A DNA stretch of 64,000 nt, from the NCBI RefSeq assembly GCF_009914755.1, contig NC_060931.1, one strand, 5' to 3'. Origin of the DNA: the human T2T-CHM13v2.0 reference genome, Homo sapiens. The notes beneath the pieces are model-generated. The model had not been told where the DNA came from. It searched no databases and saw nothing but the letters and a program-made list of their open reading frames with translations. The position numbers were made by a program, and so were the translations under genes. This document shows positions 44,026 through 64,000 of this stretch, piece after piece (within the stretch, counting starts at the first letter, position 1; each line of letters opens with the position of its first letter).

Positions 44026-46757
44026 TGAAAGCCCCCTCACCCATCCCACTTCTGTTTACCTTGGCATATATTTTCTGGAATCTTCTTCTTTTTTTAATTT
44101 ATTTTATTTTATTTTTATTTTTTGAGATGGAGTCTCACTCTGTTGCCCGGGCTGGAGTGCAGTGGTGCGATCTCTGCTCACTGCAATCTCTGCTTCCCGG
44201 GTCCAAGTGATTTCTCCTGCCTCAGCCTCCCGAGTAGCTGGGACTACAGGCGCCCGCCACCACGCCCTGCTAATTTTTGTATTTTTACTAGAGACGGGGG
44301 TTTCACCATATTGGCCAGGCTGGTCTTGAACTCCTGACCTTTTGATCCGCCTGCCTCGGCCTCCCAAAGTGCTGGGATTACAGGCATGAGCCACCGCACC
44401 CAGCCTGGAATCATCTTCTATGCATACAAGCATGTATACACATATGTACACACTTAATGGAATCATGCTGCTATTGTTCAGCCATTTGCTGTTTCCTGTT
44501 TGTGCAGCATGGACATCTCTCTATCCCAGGATTTACAGATTCACCTCTTTCCTTTGAATTACAAGGTATTCCATGACTACATCCTGCTTTATTTAATCGT
44601 TTCCTTACCAAGGGGCATTTGGGTTATCTTAACTCTTCCAGTTATAAACATGGCTCAGTGAGCAGCTGACACATGTGGCTTTACCTCTGGGTGCTGATCT
44701 TTCTGAAGGATACCTGCCTAGAGGTAGGGATGCTGAGCCAAAGGTTATGTGAACTCTGGACTTGTCAGTAGCCCTGCGTTTGGATCAGGGTGAAAGTGTG
44801 AACATTGGCCTGTTTCAAATGGAGCCATTTCTTCTTGTGGCCATTTTCTGTTTCCATAAGGTAGGCCGAGTAGCATGGAGCTCACAGCCCGGTGTGTAGG
44901 CAGAGTTATTTGATGGGGATGACAATTTCTGCCTATTTCATCCTTTTGAAATTTATGAAGGTAAAAGCTTTTTCCTCTTGAATCTTGCTTCATTCCAGAT
45001 GTACTCACAGAGAACTCTAATATGTTAAGTCTGCTCCTGGAATAAAGCCAGTCTTGGTTTTCTTTCCCACTCCCCAAGTGCATTTGTTTTCCTTCTGGAT
45101 ATTTTGTTCATCTTTGGACTTTGATTTACTTACAGGATCACAAGATTAGCTTTCTTTGAAGAAGACTCCTGTTGGCTTTCTTTAATTTGGTCAGTGTTGA
45201 GCCCTTCCCACTGAGCTCTTTCCTGGCCTGCCTGCCTTGGCCACGTGTTCCTTTCCAGGTCAGGTGCACTGCAGACTCTGGATGTAATGGCTTGAGCACT
45301 GACAGCTTCCCAAGGTTTTGTTCAGGCAGGAAATGAATCACATGCCAGGAGGGAGTGAGTGAACCCTGCTGACTGCTGGACACCCTCCTTACTTCATTAT
45401 CTTCTCCATCAGGGGCTGAGCAAATCATTAAATTTTTTCACTTTACCAGTTTTTTTTTTTCCTTAAGAGATGGGGTCTTGCTGTGTTGCCCAGGCTGGCC
45501 TCAAACTCCTGGCCTCAAGATATCCTCTTGAGTCTCAGCATCCTGAGTAGCTGGAACTACAGGCACATGCCACTGTGCCTGGCTCCCAAATCATTTTAAT
45601 ATTGGGCTATGATACATATTAGGCCACAGCTTACCTTTGTCAGCTGCATTGCTCATGCCACTCTCCCATGCCTTTATTCCCCAAGTCCTTACTACCCTCC
45701 TTCCCATGATGGCAGACATCACTAATTGATCCTGTTCTTTTGAACATGATCCAGTGAGCCAGACAAGCCCTTGGGATCTTTCTTGATACCCCAGGCAGCC
45801 CGTCCTACCAGATTGGAGTTGGTACAACTAAGGGCCCAGGAAAACCCTTTCAGGATTCATACTTGAGAAGGGTTTTGGGGAATGCTGAGTGGTACCCAGA
45901 TTTGTGGAATTCTTGGATTACTAAAATGTAAAAAAGAACATTGGGAGTCTTGCACAGGATTGCTAACTTTTTGCTCTTTATATGAAAGGCATTAACACCT
46001 CCCCAAACCTATCAGATCTACTCTCTGCCATTTTATAAAAGAAAGAATATTTTGTCACCCTCCCAAAATAAGAAAGACATAATCTCAGAATAAAGGGGAG
46101 TCCTTTAAATTGAGAGATTCTAGCTACATAAAAAGTCCAGTGCATTGTCTTTCTTTTCCCCAATTTGTTATTAAAAACTTGGTCATAGACCTAAGTACTG
46201 TTTAGGAACCCGTGTCGTAAGTTTCAGACTGCCAGAGATTTTTTTCTTTATATTTTTACAAAGCCAAAATTTAATTCCTTGAATCCAGGTGATACTGCTT
46301 ATTGGCGTTGATGTTGTGTACTCAGATGAACATTTTATTTTATTATTTCCACTTAATAGTATAAAATGGTCATTTTGCAGAATAAACAAAAAAGGTTTTG
46401 TATTCTTGGAGGTTGGAATAAAGATCTGTTCTCTTAGTGGCTCTCTTGTCCAGTGTTGGCTCATTCATTCTGCAGTTATTTATTGCCCACCTGCGATTAT
46501 GTGCCGAGCACTGGGGCACTGCAGTGAAAAGCAAATGTCTCTACCCTCTTGGAGCTCACAATACAGGAAAAATAATTAAAAACAAATAAATAGTATAGAT
46601 TCAGGTTGTGTTAAGTGCTGCTAAGAAGATAAAATAGTGGACCGGGTACGGTGGCTCATGACTGTAATCTCAGCACTTTGGGAGTTCGAGGCAGAAGGAT
46701 CACTTGGGCCCAGGAGTTCAAGACTAGCCTGGGCAACATAGTGAGATATTATCTCTA

Positions 46758-46997
<240 letters not shown>

Positions 46998-48207
46998 TTA
47001 TGGTATTGCAGCAAAGATGACTTTGGAAACATGAGCTGAGGACACAGCTAAAAAACAGTCTAGGGAAAAAGCATTCCAAGAAGAGGGCATAGTAGATGCG
47101 AAGGCCCTGGGATGAGATGCACTTGGTGCGTGGGACAGCTTTTTGCTCTTTATATAAAAAGGGACAGAGAAAAGATGAGGCAGCGGAACACAGAGGAGAG
47201 GAAGAGAGTGGAAGGAGGCACCCAGGAGGCGGCAGGGGTGGTTGGGGAAGAGGGGCCTTGTTAGTCATGGCGAGGGATTTACCGTTTATTTCTTTTGCAG
47301 TGGGAAGCCATTGGAGGGCTTTACGTAGAAAAGGGGTTTGATCTGAATTTTACCTTGAGAAGATCACTCTGAGCGCATGGAGAATGGATCGTGTGGGGCA
47401 AGACTGCAGAGTCATTAGGAGACTATCTTAGCAGTCTGGCTGATGCATGGTGGTAACCAGGAGTAGGGTTTCAGCAATAAAGTTGGTGATGAGATTTAGG
47501 ATACATTTGGAAGTAGTGCCAACAGGACATGTATCTCCAGATAGCACCTGCCATGGTGCCTGAAGCAAATCAGTGCTCCGTAAATAAGGGCTGAATGAGG
47601 GAATCCAGTTGGTTTAGAATGCAACAGAGGACTGCCGTGTTCATGAAAGGAATTTGTAAAATTTCCTCCTAATAGTAATTGTATTTTTGTCACGCCCTCA
47701 CTTAGGTTGAAATTTCTCTTGAAGTTTATATACTGGTCCTATAGGTACCTCACAAATACACTTTCTTTAAAATGATCCTGAAGCAGCCTGAATGCTCAAC
47801 AATACAGGTAACATCCACTCAGTTGAATAAGATAACCCCTTATTCAGAAACATAGATATTTTTGTTGTAATGAGATTGAAGAAGAGAAAATGTAGGCTTG
47901 TGAAAACGCTTATGATTATATCAATTAAAAAAATGTGTGTGAGAAAAAAAACCGTAAGGAAGTAAAATTGTGATAATGATTGTTCATTGTGGTGGTTTAT
48001 GGTTAAGGTGACCAGGAATAATTTATTATGGAAATAATGACACTTTGTTTCTGAGGCAGGGTCTTGCAGTGTCACCCAGGCTAGAATGCAGTGGTGTGAC
48101 CATGGCTCACTGTAGCCTCAATCATTCTGTCTCACGTGATCTTCCCACCTCAGCCTCCCAAGTAACTGGGACTACAGGTGCACATACCACACCTGGATAA
48201 TTTTTAA

Positions 48208-48342
<135 letters not shown>

Positions 48343-48844
48343 TAGCACTTCCAAGCACCGTTCAAATGACTGAGTGGGGAATGAAGGTGCTATGAATAAT
48401 TATACATACTGTGATGACAAGAGAAAACCAAGACTGTCCTGAACAACCCAGGCCATGTGGTCACCCTAGTTATGGGCAATATTTTACTTCTCTGTTTTTC
48501 AAATTTCCTGAATTATATTATTTAAACATTAATTTAAATTTAAAAATACGTAAAAAGAATGATCTTGCTTTAGAATATTTGCTTTCAGAGGTCACAGAAC
48601 ATTTCTTTGGCTCTTTCACCAAGCACTTAAATGTCTCCTGCCTTTTAAAGTGATAGGGATACCGTGGAGACATTGGTCTCAGAGGATGGGTGGTCTCAGA
48701 GGTTGGGGATAATCCAGCTGGGAGGCTTTGAAGCTGTGATCATCCCCCTCTGCCCTCTACCATTCTCATGAAAGAACGGGCTAGCATAGCACCTACAGAC
48801 TCCAAGATGACCTTTTTCTGTGACTAATAAGATTAGGATCCTAG

Positions 48845-49252
<408 letters not shown>

Positions 49253-49378
49253 TGATCCGCCTGCCTCGGCCTCCCAAAGTGCTGGGATTATATGTGTGAG
49301 CCACTGCACCCAGCCATCAAATATAAATTTGTTTGACGGATTTGTGTGTAGCTTCATGGTAATGGGGCATACAAGTGA

Positions 49379-49750
<372 letters not shown>

Positions 49751-50497
49751 TAGTCTTTTACAACTAAAACTGTATTAAAAGTAAATACCAAGGGGTCAGG
49801 GTGCCGATATTTATCTCCATGGACTGTGGGGGAGGTTATGCCATTTCGTTAACGAGAAAACGTCGAACAAATTAGTTCTTCCCTTGCTTTTTTAGTTTTT
49901 CTACCTACAAAAAGGAGAGAACTAAATACCTTGGCTAAGAAAACAGTGAACACTTCCTTGTAACTGTTCACTACCTTGTGAAAGATAAAGGCACTTTAAA
50001 TCTCAAATAAGACAATCATGTGGTCCTGGACTAGGTGCACGAAGCCTCATGTCTGAGTCTATCATTTCTCTAGAGCCTCATTTTCCTCTACCCTCCCCAT
50101 CCGAGTCCAGTGAATCACTTCCTGATCCCACACATGGCTTGCATCTTCTTGCCTCCCTACATGGATCATACTGTACTCTGCACCTGGAACCCATGCCTCC
50201 CATATTACCTCCTTCATTAATGCAATGAAAGGTTTTAGTGATGGCCAACTGGGACACCAGAGCAAGGCTGCCTGGGTTCAAGTCCCAATTCTGTCGCTTA
50301 AAGCTATATGACCTTTGACACATTACCTGTTAACTTTTCCATTTCTCTGTTTGCTTCACTGTGAAATGGGAATAATATTAGTACCTATCATTTTTGTTTT
50401 TGTTTTTTAAATATAATTTTATTTTTCCATATTTTTTGAAAGAGATGGGGTCTTGCTATGTTACCCAGGCTGGTCTTGAACTCTTCAGTTTAAGTGA

Positions 50498-51022
<525 letters not shown>

Positions 51023-52559
51023 TAGGTTTGAGTCTGAACCCTGCTACTTTGTGTTGGATGACATGGGACAGTTATTCAACTTCTTTGAACGTTAGTGTCT
51101 TCATCTGGAGTGCAATATATCACCTGGTTGCTGGGCATGTCATTTGTGATACTGTGTGAACTGCACTGTCTATGAAGTGCCTGGTTTAGCACTTGACAGC
51201 TGGTAGATGCTCAGCAAATGTTAGTTTCTTTGGTTTGCATTTGCCTCCCTTTGTAACACTGTGTTTGTTGCCTGATGCTTGTACCTGCTTGGTTGCATCT
51301 CCTCCATTAGGCTGAATATGTTTTAATTTTCTTTGTCTCTGCACATAAAAATTTTTTTGGTTTATTCATTGATTTCATCACTCATTTGTTCATTGTATTC
51401 ATTCATGCATTCTTTTCTTTTTTTTTTTTTTTTTTTTTTGAGATGGTGTCTCGCTCTATCCCCCAGGCTGGTGTACAGTGGTATGATCTCGGCTCACTGC
51501 AAGCTCCGCCTCCCGGGTTCACGCCATTCTCCTGCCTCAGCCTCCTGAGTAGCTGGGACTACAGGTGCCTGCCACCACACCCAGCTATTTTTTTTTTGTA
51601 TTTTTAGTAGAGGCAGGGTTTCACCGTGTTAGCCAGGATGGTTCAGATCTCCTGACTTCATGGTCCACCCACCTCAGCCTCCCAAAGTGCTGGGATTACA
51701 GGCGTGAGGTGCCCGGCCACATTCTTTTTCTTGTTTATTCAAAAATCATTTACTGAACCACTTGCTAAGTATGTTGGGCCCTACCAATGGAATGTACCCT
51801 TCTTCCAGCTAGAGTCAAGAGTAGAACTGATGAGAGCTCGAACTAGGCCAGTGACACTGGAGGCTGAGAGACAGGAATGGACTTAGGAGGTGTTTAGAGA
51901 GAGGACTGTAAGGGCTGGCTGACCAGTTGGGTTTGGAAAGGAATCAATGACAGTTTCCAGGATTCTTGCTTGAGCCACCGTGTGGATGCTGACATCATTA
52001 ATTAAAATGGGCAACATAGAAGATAGTAGAATTGTCTAGGGTGTGGATGGGCAGGGAGAAGGTATCATGTGTCTACCAGCCTGGTTTGGACACAGTAAGT
52101 TTGAGGTGTGTGCAGAATGTCCGCATGAAGAGACCGCTAGGAGGTGGCCAGTTCACCCTCAAAGGCAGTTCTGATTCTGGACACCTTTGTACATGATATG
52201 GGAGTGGAAGTAGCCAAACCAGAGAATGAGTGTAGAGTGGAAGGGAAGAGGGCTGCCAGTGGCCCACTGGGGAAGTGCCCTGATTAAAGTGGAAGGCAAC
52301 AGGGAATCTGTGGCTTCTGCTAGGAAGCCACATGTGATGCCTCACCACTGAAACTGCCCATGTGCCCCACCAAGAATATGCCACTGTCTGTGCACTTCAA
52401 GGCCAGCCCTTGGGTAGGCAGTACAGAAGTGGGGAGAATGCCTTCTTTCCCATCATGGGCCTCGCTGCAGGCCCCAGGCTGCATGGAATGTCTGTCTCCT
52501 TCTCCTGCAACATGTCTCACAGAGAATTCTTCTTGAATGCATGCTATGGTTCCTCTCTC

Positions 52560-53250
52560 CTTATAGCTGCCCATCCTCATTTTTCTCCCCTCCACTGGAT
52601 AAGCATAAGTGAGGAAACACGCCAATACCTCCTTCCCCTTGTACACACCTCCACTGCTGCTTCTCAGTCTGGACCACCATCACCTCTGGCCTGCACCATT
52701 AGTCATCTCCAAACAGGTCTCCCTGCTTCTGCTTTGGCCCCCTACAGCCTGTTCCACACCCAGCAGCCAGAGGGATCCTGTTAAAACATAAGTCAGGTTA
52801 GGTCATGCACCTGCTGAAAGTGCCCCAGTGGCTTCCACATTCCTCACTGTGGTCCACAGGCCCGGTGTGACCCGGCCCACATCTCTCTTTCTGAGATCCT
52901 CTCCCTCATCCCCCATACTCCAGCACACTGGTTTCCTTCTGTTCTCCAGATATACCAGGCTCTTTCGGCCTTGGCTTTGGCACACACTGCCCACTCTTCC
53001 CGCAGTGTTCCTTCCCCAGACTGTTTTGTCCCTGGTTTCCTTTCTTCTGTCGGGTTTCAGCTCAAATGTCACCTCCTCTGAGAAGCCTTCCCTGACCACC
53101 CACATATGAAGTAGTCCTCACCGAGTCCTGGTAGTCACTCTCAAAAACATCACCCAGTTTTGTTTTTCTCATTAAGCTTGTTCATTATCTTGTTCATTTA
53201 TTTGCTTAGATGTTTACTTTGTGTTCTCTCACTATTATGTAAGTGATGAG
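52560..53250 (+). mobile_element. L2 (L2a-like) 3' region
   Basis: CAGCAGCCAGAGGGATCCTGTTAAAACATAAGTCAG; CAGCTCAAATGTCACCTCCTCTGAGAAGCCTTCCCTGACCACC. Confidence 0.85.
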
Positions 53251-53308
53251 TCTGCTGGGATCTTCTCTCCTGAACCCTGGATTCCCACTCAACAAGCGTT
53301 AGTTTGCT

Positions 53309-53439
53309 TAGTTTGCATCCTCCTCCCTTTGTAACGTGGTGTTTGTTGCTGATACCGTGTACCTGCTTGAGGAACCTGCTTGAGGAACAAGGCATCAGGC
53401 AATGATCACAGCGTTACAAAGGGAGGAGGATGCAAACTA
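53309..53439. repeat. Inverted repeat: perfect 28-bp arms, imperfect inner stem and a 2x13-nt tandem loop
   Basis: TAGTTTGCATCCTCCTCCCTTTGTAACG (53309-53336) is the exact reverse complement of 53412-53439; the loop is (ACCTGCTTGAGGA)x2 at 53361-53386. Confidence 0.97.
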
Positions 53440-54641
53440 GTAACCTGGTCATGGAGCCAGTCACAGACGTGGCGGGATTTTTCTTCAGTGGTGGGCGGCA
53501 CAGGAGAGAAAATAGGGGAGACAAATGTTAGGTTGATCCAGGTTCAGGGCCCTGAGATACAAGTGGCTGGTGTGGCAGTGGGACAGGGAGCTGAGGGTGC
53601 AGAGGGAGGGCATGTGACACAGTGGAAGGACGGGAGGTCCACAGGGAGATGGGAAGGGTGGGTCAGGGCTCTAGTGGTTTCATTCAAGTGGAACAGCCGA
53701 TTGGGTGAGAATGAGGAAGTGCGATCAGGAAGGGCAGGCCCTGGTGGTCAGAGGGAACTTCTAGCCTTACATTTCATGGCCAGGGCTGTGGCCACATGGG
53801 GGTTGGTAAGCAGAGGGTTAGGTAACAGGAATGAAGGAGGTAGGCTAAGGCAAGAGCCCGGAATGTTAGGGCTTTACTCATGATCAAGGCCCTCCTTGTA
53901 GGAGGTCAGGAAAAAGTGGGGAAGTCAGTGTGGAGGGGTCGGCAAAGCCACAGGCATGAGGAGCAGGAAGCTGGAGAGAAGCAGGTCTTGCTAGGAAATG
54001 AGGGGGAGGAGGTTGGTCACATTCCTAGGTTCTAGGTACTTCTTGGTAGGTTATTGTCTGGAGATAACAGTGACCAGGACAATTTGGGTTCTGCTGGTCC
54101 TGGGATAGAGGGGAGCACATGAGGATTGAGCAGCCGGTACTTGGGAGAGTTACCAGGGAGGGGCGGGTGGAGAAGCCGGGGTGCAGCTAAGATGAAGCTG
54201 CTGAGATGGGTGTGAATTGGGGCATTTGCAGCCCTGGCATGAGTTCCCGAGGCATAGTGGAAGGAAGGGTTAGAAGAGGAGAGGGCAGAGGAAGGACGGA
54301 GTCAGATCCAGGTAGAGATGAGAGAACCCCAGAGGATGGATGTTGCTTGGAGGCCCTTCAGCCTGGGCAGACATTGTGGCTCATAGGAGGAGGGTGTTTT
54401 GGACATGAGGGTTGTGAATGAAATGGGTGAGGCCAGGCATAGTGGCATGCACCTGTAGTCGCAGCTACTCGGGAGGCTGAGGCAGGAGAATCGCTCGAGC
54501 CCTGGAGTTTGAGACCAGGCCGGGCAACATAGCAAGACCTTTCTCAAAAAAACAGAACTAAGCTGAGTGCGGTGGCTCACGCCTATAATCCCGATACTTT
54601 GGTAGGTCAAGACAGGAGGATCACTTGAGCCCTGGAATTCA

Positions 54642-57350
<2,709 letters not shown>

Positions 57351-59414
57351 ATTTAGGTAGTACTTTGATGGGAAGTTGTGATAGTACTTCTTACTCTTAC
57401 CAGGTGAAGGGGTAGAGTGAGTAGAATTGAAAAAATGTTTTGTTGGCAGGAGAGAGGGCAGGGCATTTTCTGCTGTTCTTCAGGAGGTTGTGTTCTCAGG
57501 TTTTTCACAATCCTTGGGTAAGGCATCGAGGAATACATCAGCCTTCAAAGAATTTCATGCACCCAGCTACCAATGATTTCCCCCTTTTCCCATCATAATC
57601 AAAACCCTGTGTGGTGGTAAGGGATGACTGATGAGTGAGTAGCTGAAGATAGCTCCTGGTTAATACAAAGGCAATCCGATTGGACTAATTAACACTAATA
57701 TTTAAATCACTAATACCACTCCCCCAGCTTCTGAGATTTATCTGCTGTTCCAAAAGATGAAAATTATTAGCACAAACAAATCACTAATTAAAAGAACCTT
57801 GGTAGCATAAGCAAAGTGGGAGGTGGGAAAAATGCTTTTGGATTTGGCCTGGGATGTCAAGGTAGTTTTTTGTTTTTTGTCTTTTTAAACTTGCTGTATC
57901 ATAGTTATATGTATTTTTGAGGTACATGTGACATTTTGATACATATGTACAATGTGTAATGATCAGATCAGGGTAACTGGGATATCCATCACCTCAAGCA
58001 TTTAAGGACAGTTTTTGAAGAGAGAGAATGTCACAGTACGAGTTAGGAAGCACCTGTGCCAGTGGTCATTTCCTCTCTCTCATGTGTAATTTTTCACAGC
58101 TTCTTTCCTTTTATTCTGTTTAGTAACTGGGTTGCTTCTTAGTGTGAGTGAGTACAAAGGGAGGTGGAGGTCAGGGCCAACATGCACATGCAGGTATGTT
58201 CTCAGTGTCTGCATCTCAGGTAGCACTTTTTCAAAATGACATTCAAATAATTGTGAGGTTAAAATTCTGTAATTTTTTTTGTTTCTTGGATTTTAAACCC
58301 TAAATTTGGCCTACTATCAAGTTCATGACCATAAATGGAACTTGTATGTCATAGAGATTAGCAAGTTAGTGGTTTCTTTGATTTATGTCCTATGAACCAG
58401 TATTTTTTTAGATTGCTATAAACTTTAAAAAAAGATGTGCTGTCATATCCTCTTTTTTTCTTTTGTGATGAATGGTGGAAAAACTTAAATGCAATTTTAT
58501 TTGTGTTTCTAACTTTAACTGAATATCAGAGTTCTGCTGTTTTTCCATCTTGGTTTGCCTTTTCTAGTTCTAATCTGGGACTGAGGGAGACAATTTGGGC
58601 CTGGTTTGCAGATGGTTCTGCTTGCTCTGCAGGCCCTCCCCAAAAGCGTACGGCTGCCTGCCTTCAGCCCAGCTTTCATGTTTTGGTGCAGCTCTAATTT
58701 CTTTTTCTTTTTGTTTGAGTTCCTTTGATTGCCCAAACTGGGGTCACCTTCAAGCCACCTTGAGTAAAGGGATGCTTATGTTAAGGACACTGTGCACAGG
58801 GAACCTCAGAGATGCTGGACACGGAAGCCACTGGGAAAGTGGCCCCAGGCAGGCCTGCACACTTCAGCAACCGAAGCTGGCTCCTGTGATTCAGCTTGTC
58901 TGGTGGCCAATTTCTGTGGCCTTTAGTGTCTTTTATCTACATCATGGCTCATATATACTTGTGTTATACGGGTATAACACAAGAACCTCTGGTCCCTCAG
59001 AACCCCAGCTGTGATGTCATTATCTCTCCAGTTTCTCTTTCATCACTTTCCAGCCTCCATTCTTAAAGAACCACCAAATGTAGTAATATTTCCTAGGTTC
59101 AAGTACGAGGAGGGAGCCATTGCCCAGCCCTTTCTTCTTTTTGTGCCAGGCTGTGCCCTAGGTACCCTCTAGCCTGTGGACTGACTTCTTTCGAGTCAGA
59201 CATCCATCCCTGATCCTCCCTACTGTGTCTGGGGAGGGTCATGACAGCCAGCCGCCTGTAGATCTGCCCTACAGAGACCTTGGTAGGCTCTTCCCCAGCA
59301 AATCTGGGAGGGCCCTGGCACCACCACAGATGTGTCCAGTGCAGAGCCAAGGGCATAGGTAGTATTGAGAGCAGATACGGGAAAACTTGGCACAGAACTA
59401 AACATTGAATTTAA

Positions 59415-59736
<322 letters not shown>

Positions 59737-59813
59737 TGGAATATTCTTAAGAGATGAAAGTAAGGAGTCAGTGATTTTTTTTATTTAAATAGAAAAATAG
59801 CTGAACATTGTGG

Positions 59814-59826
59814 GAGGAAGTGAAAC
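59814..59826 (+). promoter_or_regulatory. Candidate PU.1-IRF composite element (EICE)
   Basis: GAGGAAGTGAAAC matches GGAAnnGAAA with favourable flanks. Motif only. Confidence 0.5.
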
Positions 59827-60248
59827 ACAGAGTGAAATTAACTTGACTGCTGTTTGTTTTTTGTGGGGAGGGAATAATAAAAGTAACTGAGCACATTAGG
59901 TTTTACTTTCTTTTAAAAAACATGTTTTGTTCTTAAACTTTAACAAATGCACTGTAATCTTTTGGCGAAATACAGAAAAAAAGGAAGTAAAAATCAGTCA
60001 TAATCCTACCACTTAGAAATGACTACTGTTAATTCTTAATTTTATTGTGCATAAGCTCCAGTTCTTAAGTAAATATGTAAAAAAAAAAAAAAGTGCTTTT
60101 AAAAAATCACTTAATAATACTGTTTGAGGCCGGGCATAGTGGCTCACGCCTGTAATCCCTACACTTTGAGAGGCTGAAGTGAGTGGATGACTTGAGGTCA
60201 GGAGTTCAAGACCAGCCTGGCCAACATGGTGAAACCCCGTCTCTACTA

Positions 60249-60458
<210 letters not shown>

Positions 60459-60469
60459 TTAATATTCTT

Positions 60470-62981
<2,512 letters not shown>

Positions 62982-63185
62982 GGATTTCGCCATGCCGCCC
63001 AGACTGGTCTCAAACTTTGAGGTCAAGTGATCCTCCCACCTCAGCATCCCAAAGTGCTGGGATTACAGGCATGTGCCCGGTCTTGCATATTTTTTAAATC
63101 GGATTTTTTATTTGTATAAATTTATGGGGTTCAAGTGCAATTTTCTTACATGCCAGGTTGCACAGTGGTGAAGTCAGGCATTTAG

Positions 63186-63540
<355 letters not shown>

Positions 63541-64000
63541 GATCTTTTTTTTTTTTTTTTTAAATAGTTGGTTCTGAGACTTTGATCTTGCCAAAAGAAA
63601 AAGTTACAAAAAATTTTGTTTAAAAATTAAATTGGCTTTTATTAGTGATTCATGAATCAGGGAGCACCTGATCTAAAGATTTAGAAAAAGTCTTTGCCGT
63701 TTTTTTTTTTAAATAATGATATAAACCGTACTTGTTATTCCTTATTTCATCATTTGAAAAAATATGTGATCCTTTCTCACTCCTTACATGTATAGTCCAC
63801 AAACTTTTGGTCAGTAGTTTACTTGTCAGTGAGATCTCCCATAGGCATATAGACCAAGCCTAGCATTGCAAATGTTTTGGCCTGTTGACCTCAGAAAGGT
63901 ATTATTAAGGTATAGTATATATAAGTACTGAAGGCACAGTAATGGCTTGCTCTGTAGTAGGGGTCTGCAAACTACTGCCACCAGTTTTTGTAGATAAAGT

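Overview
Human genomic DNA (near-consensus human-lineage AluYa5 and AluYd8 copies are present), very repeat-rich, with about 65 Alu/FLAM copies by my manual count plus L1, L2, MIR, ERV LTRs and DNA transposon relics. From memory of the mRNA 5'UTR I recognise the CpG island at ~15.4-16.1 kb as the promoter and non-coding first exon of SNX10 (sorting nexin 10, 7p15.2), + strand. A probable alternative first exon encoding MPIPK ends at 16832, and the rest of the window is first intron; the main coding exons lie beyond 64000. The window opens in the 3' part of an RPL23 processed pseudogene. Almost every ORF in the supplied track is Alu-derived, tandem-repeat-derived or spurious. I found no new multi-gene system. 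The most unusual signals are: (1) a non-Alu ~52-bp fold-back hairpin in the intron (53309-53439) whose outer 28 bp are perfectly paired while the inner stem has diverged; (2) several short sequences copied from 1.2-2.1 kb away, resembling templated-repair scars; (3) a perfect four-tier G-quadruplex repeat in the 5'UTR immediately after a possible alternative splice donor; (4) two very young Alus next to candidate regulatory sites; (5) GAS-motif-bearing LTRs upstream of the gene. Repeat family names and the gene identity come from recall, not from a database search.
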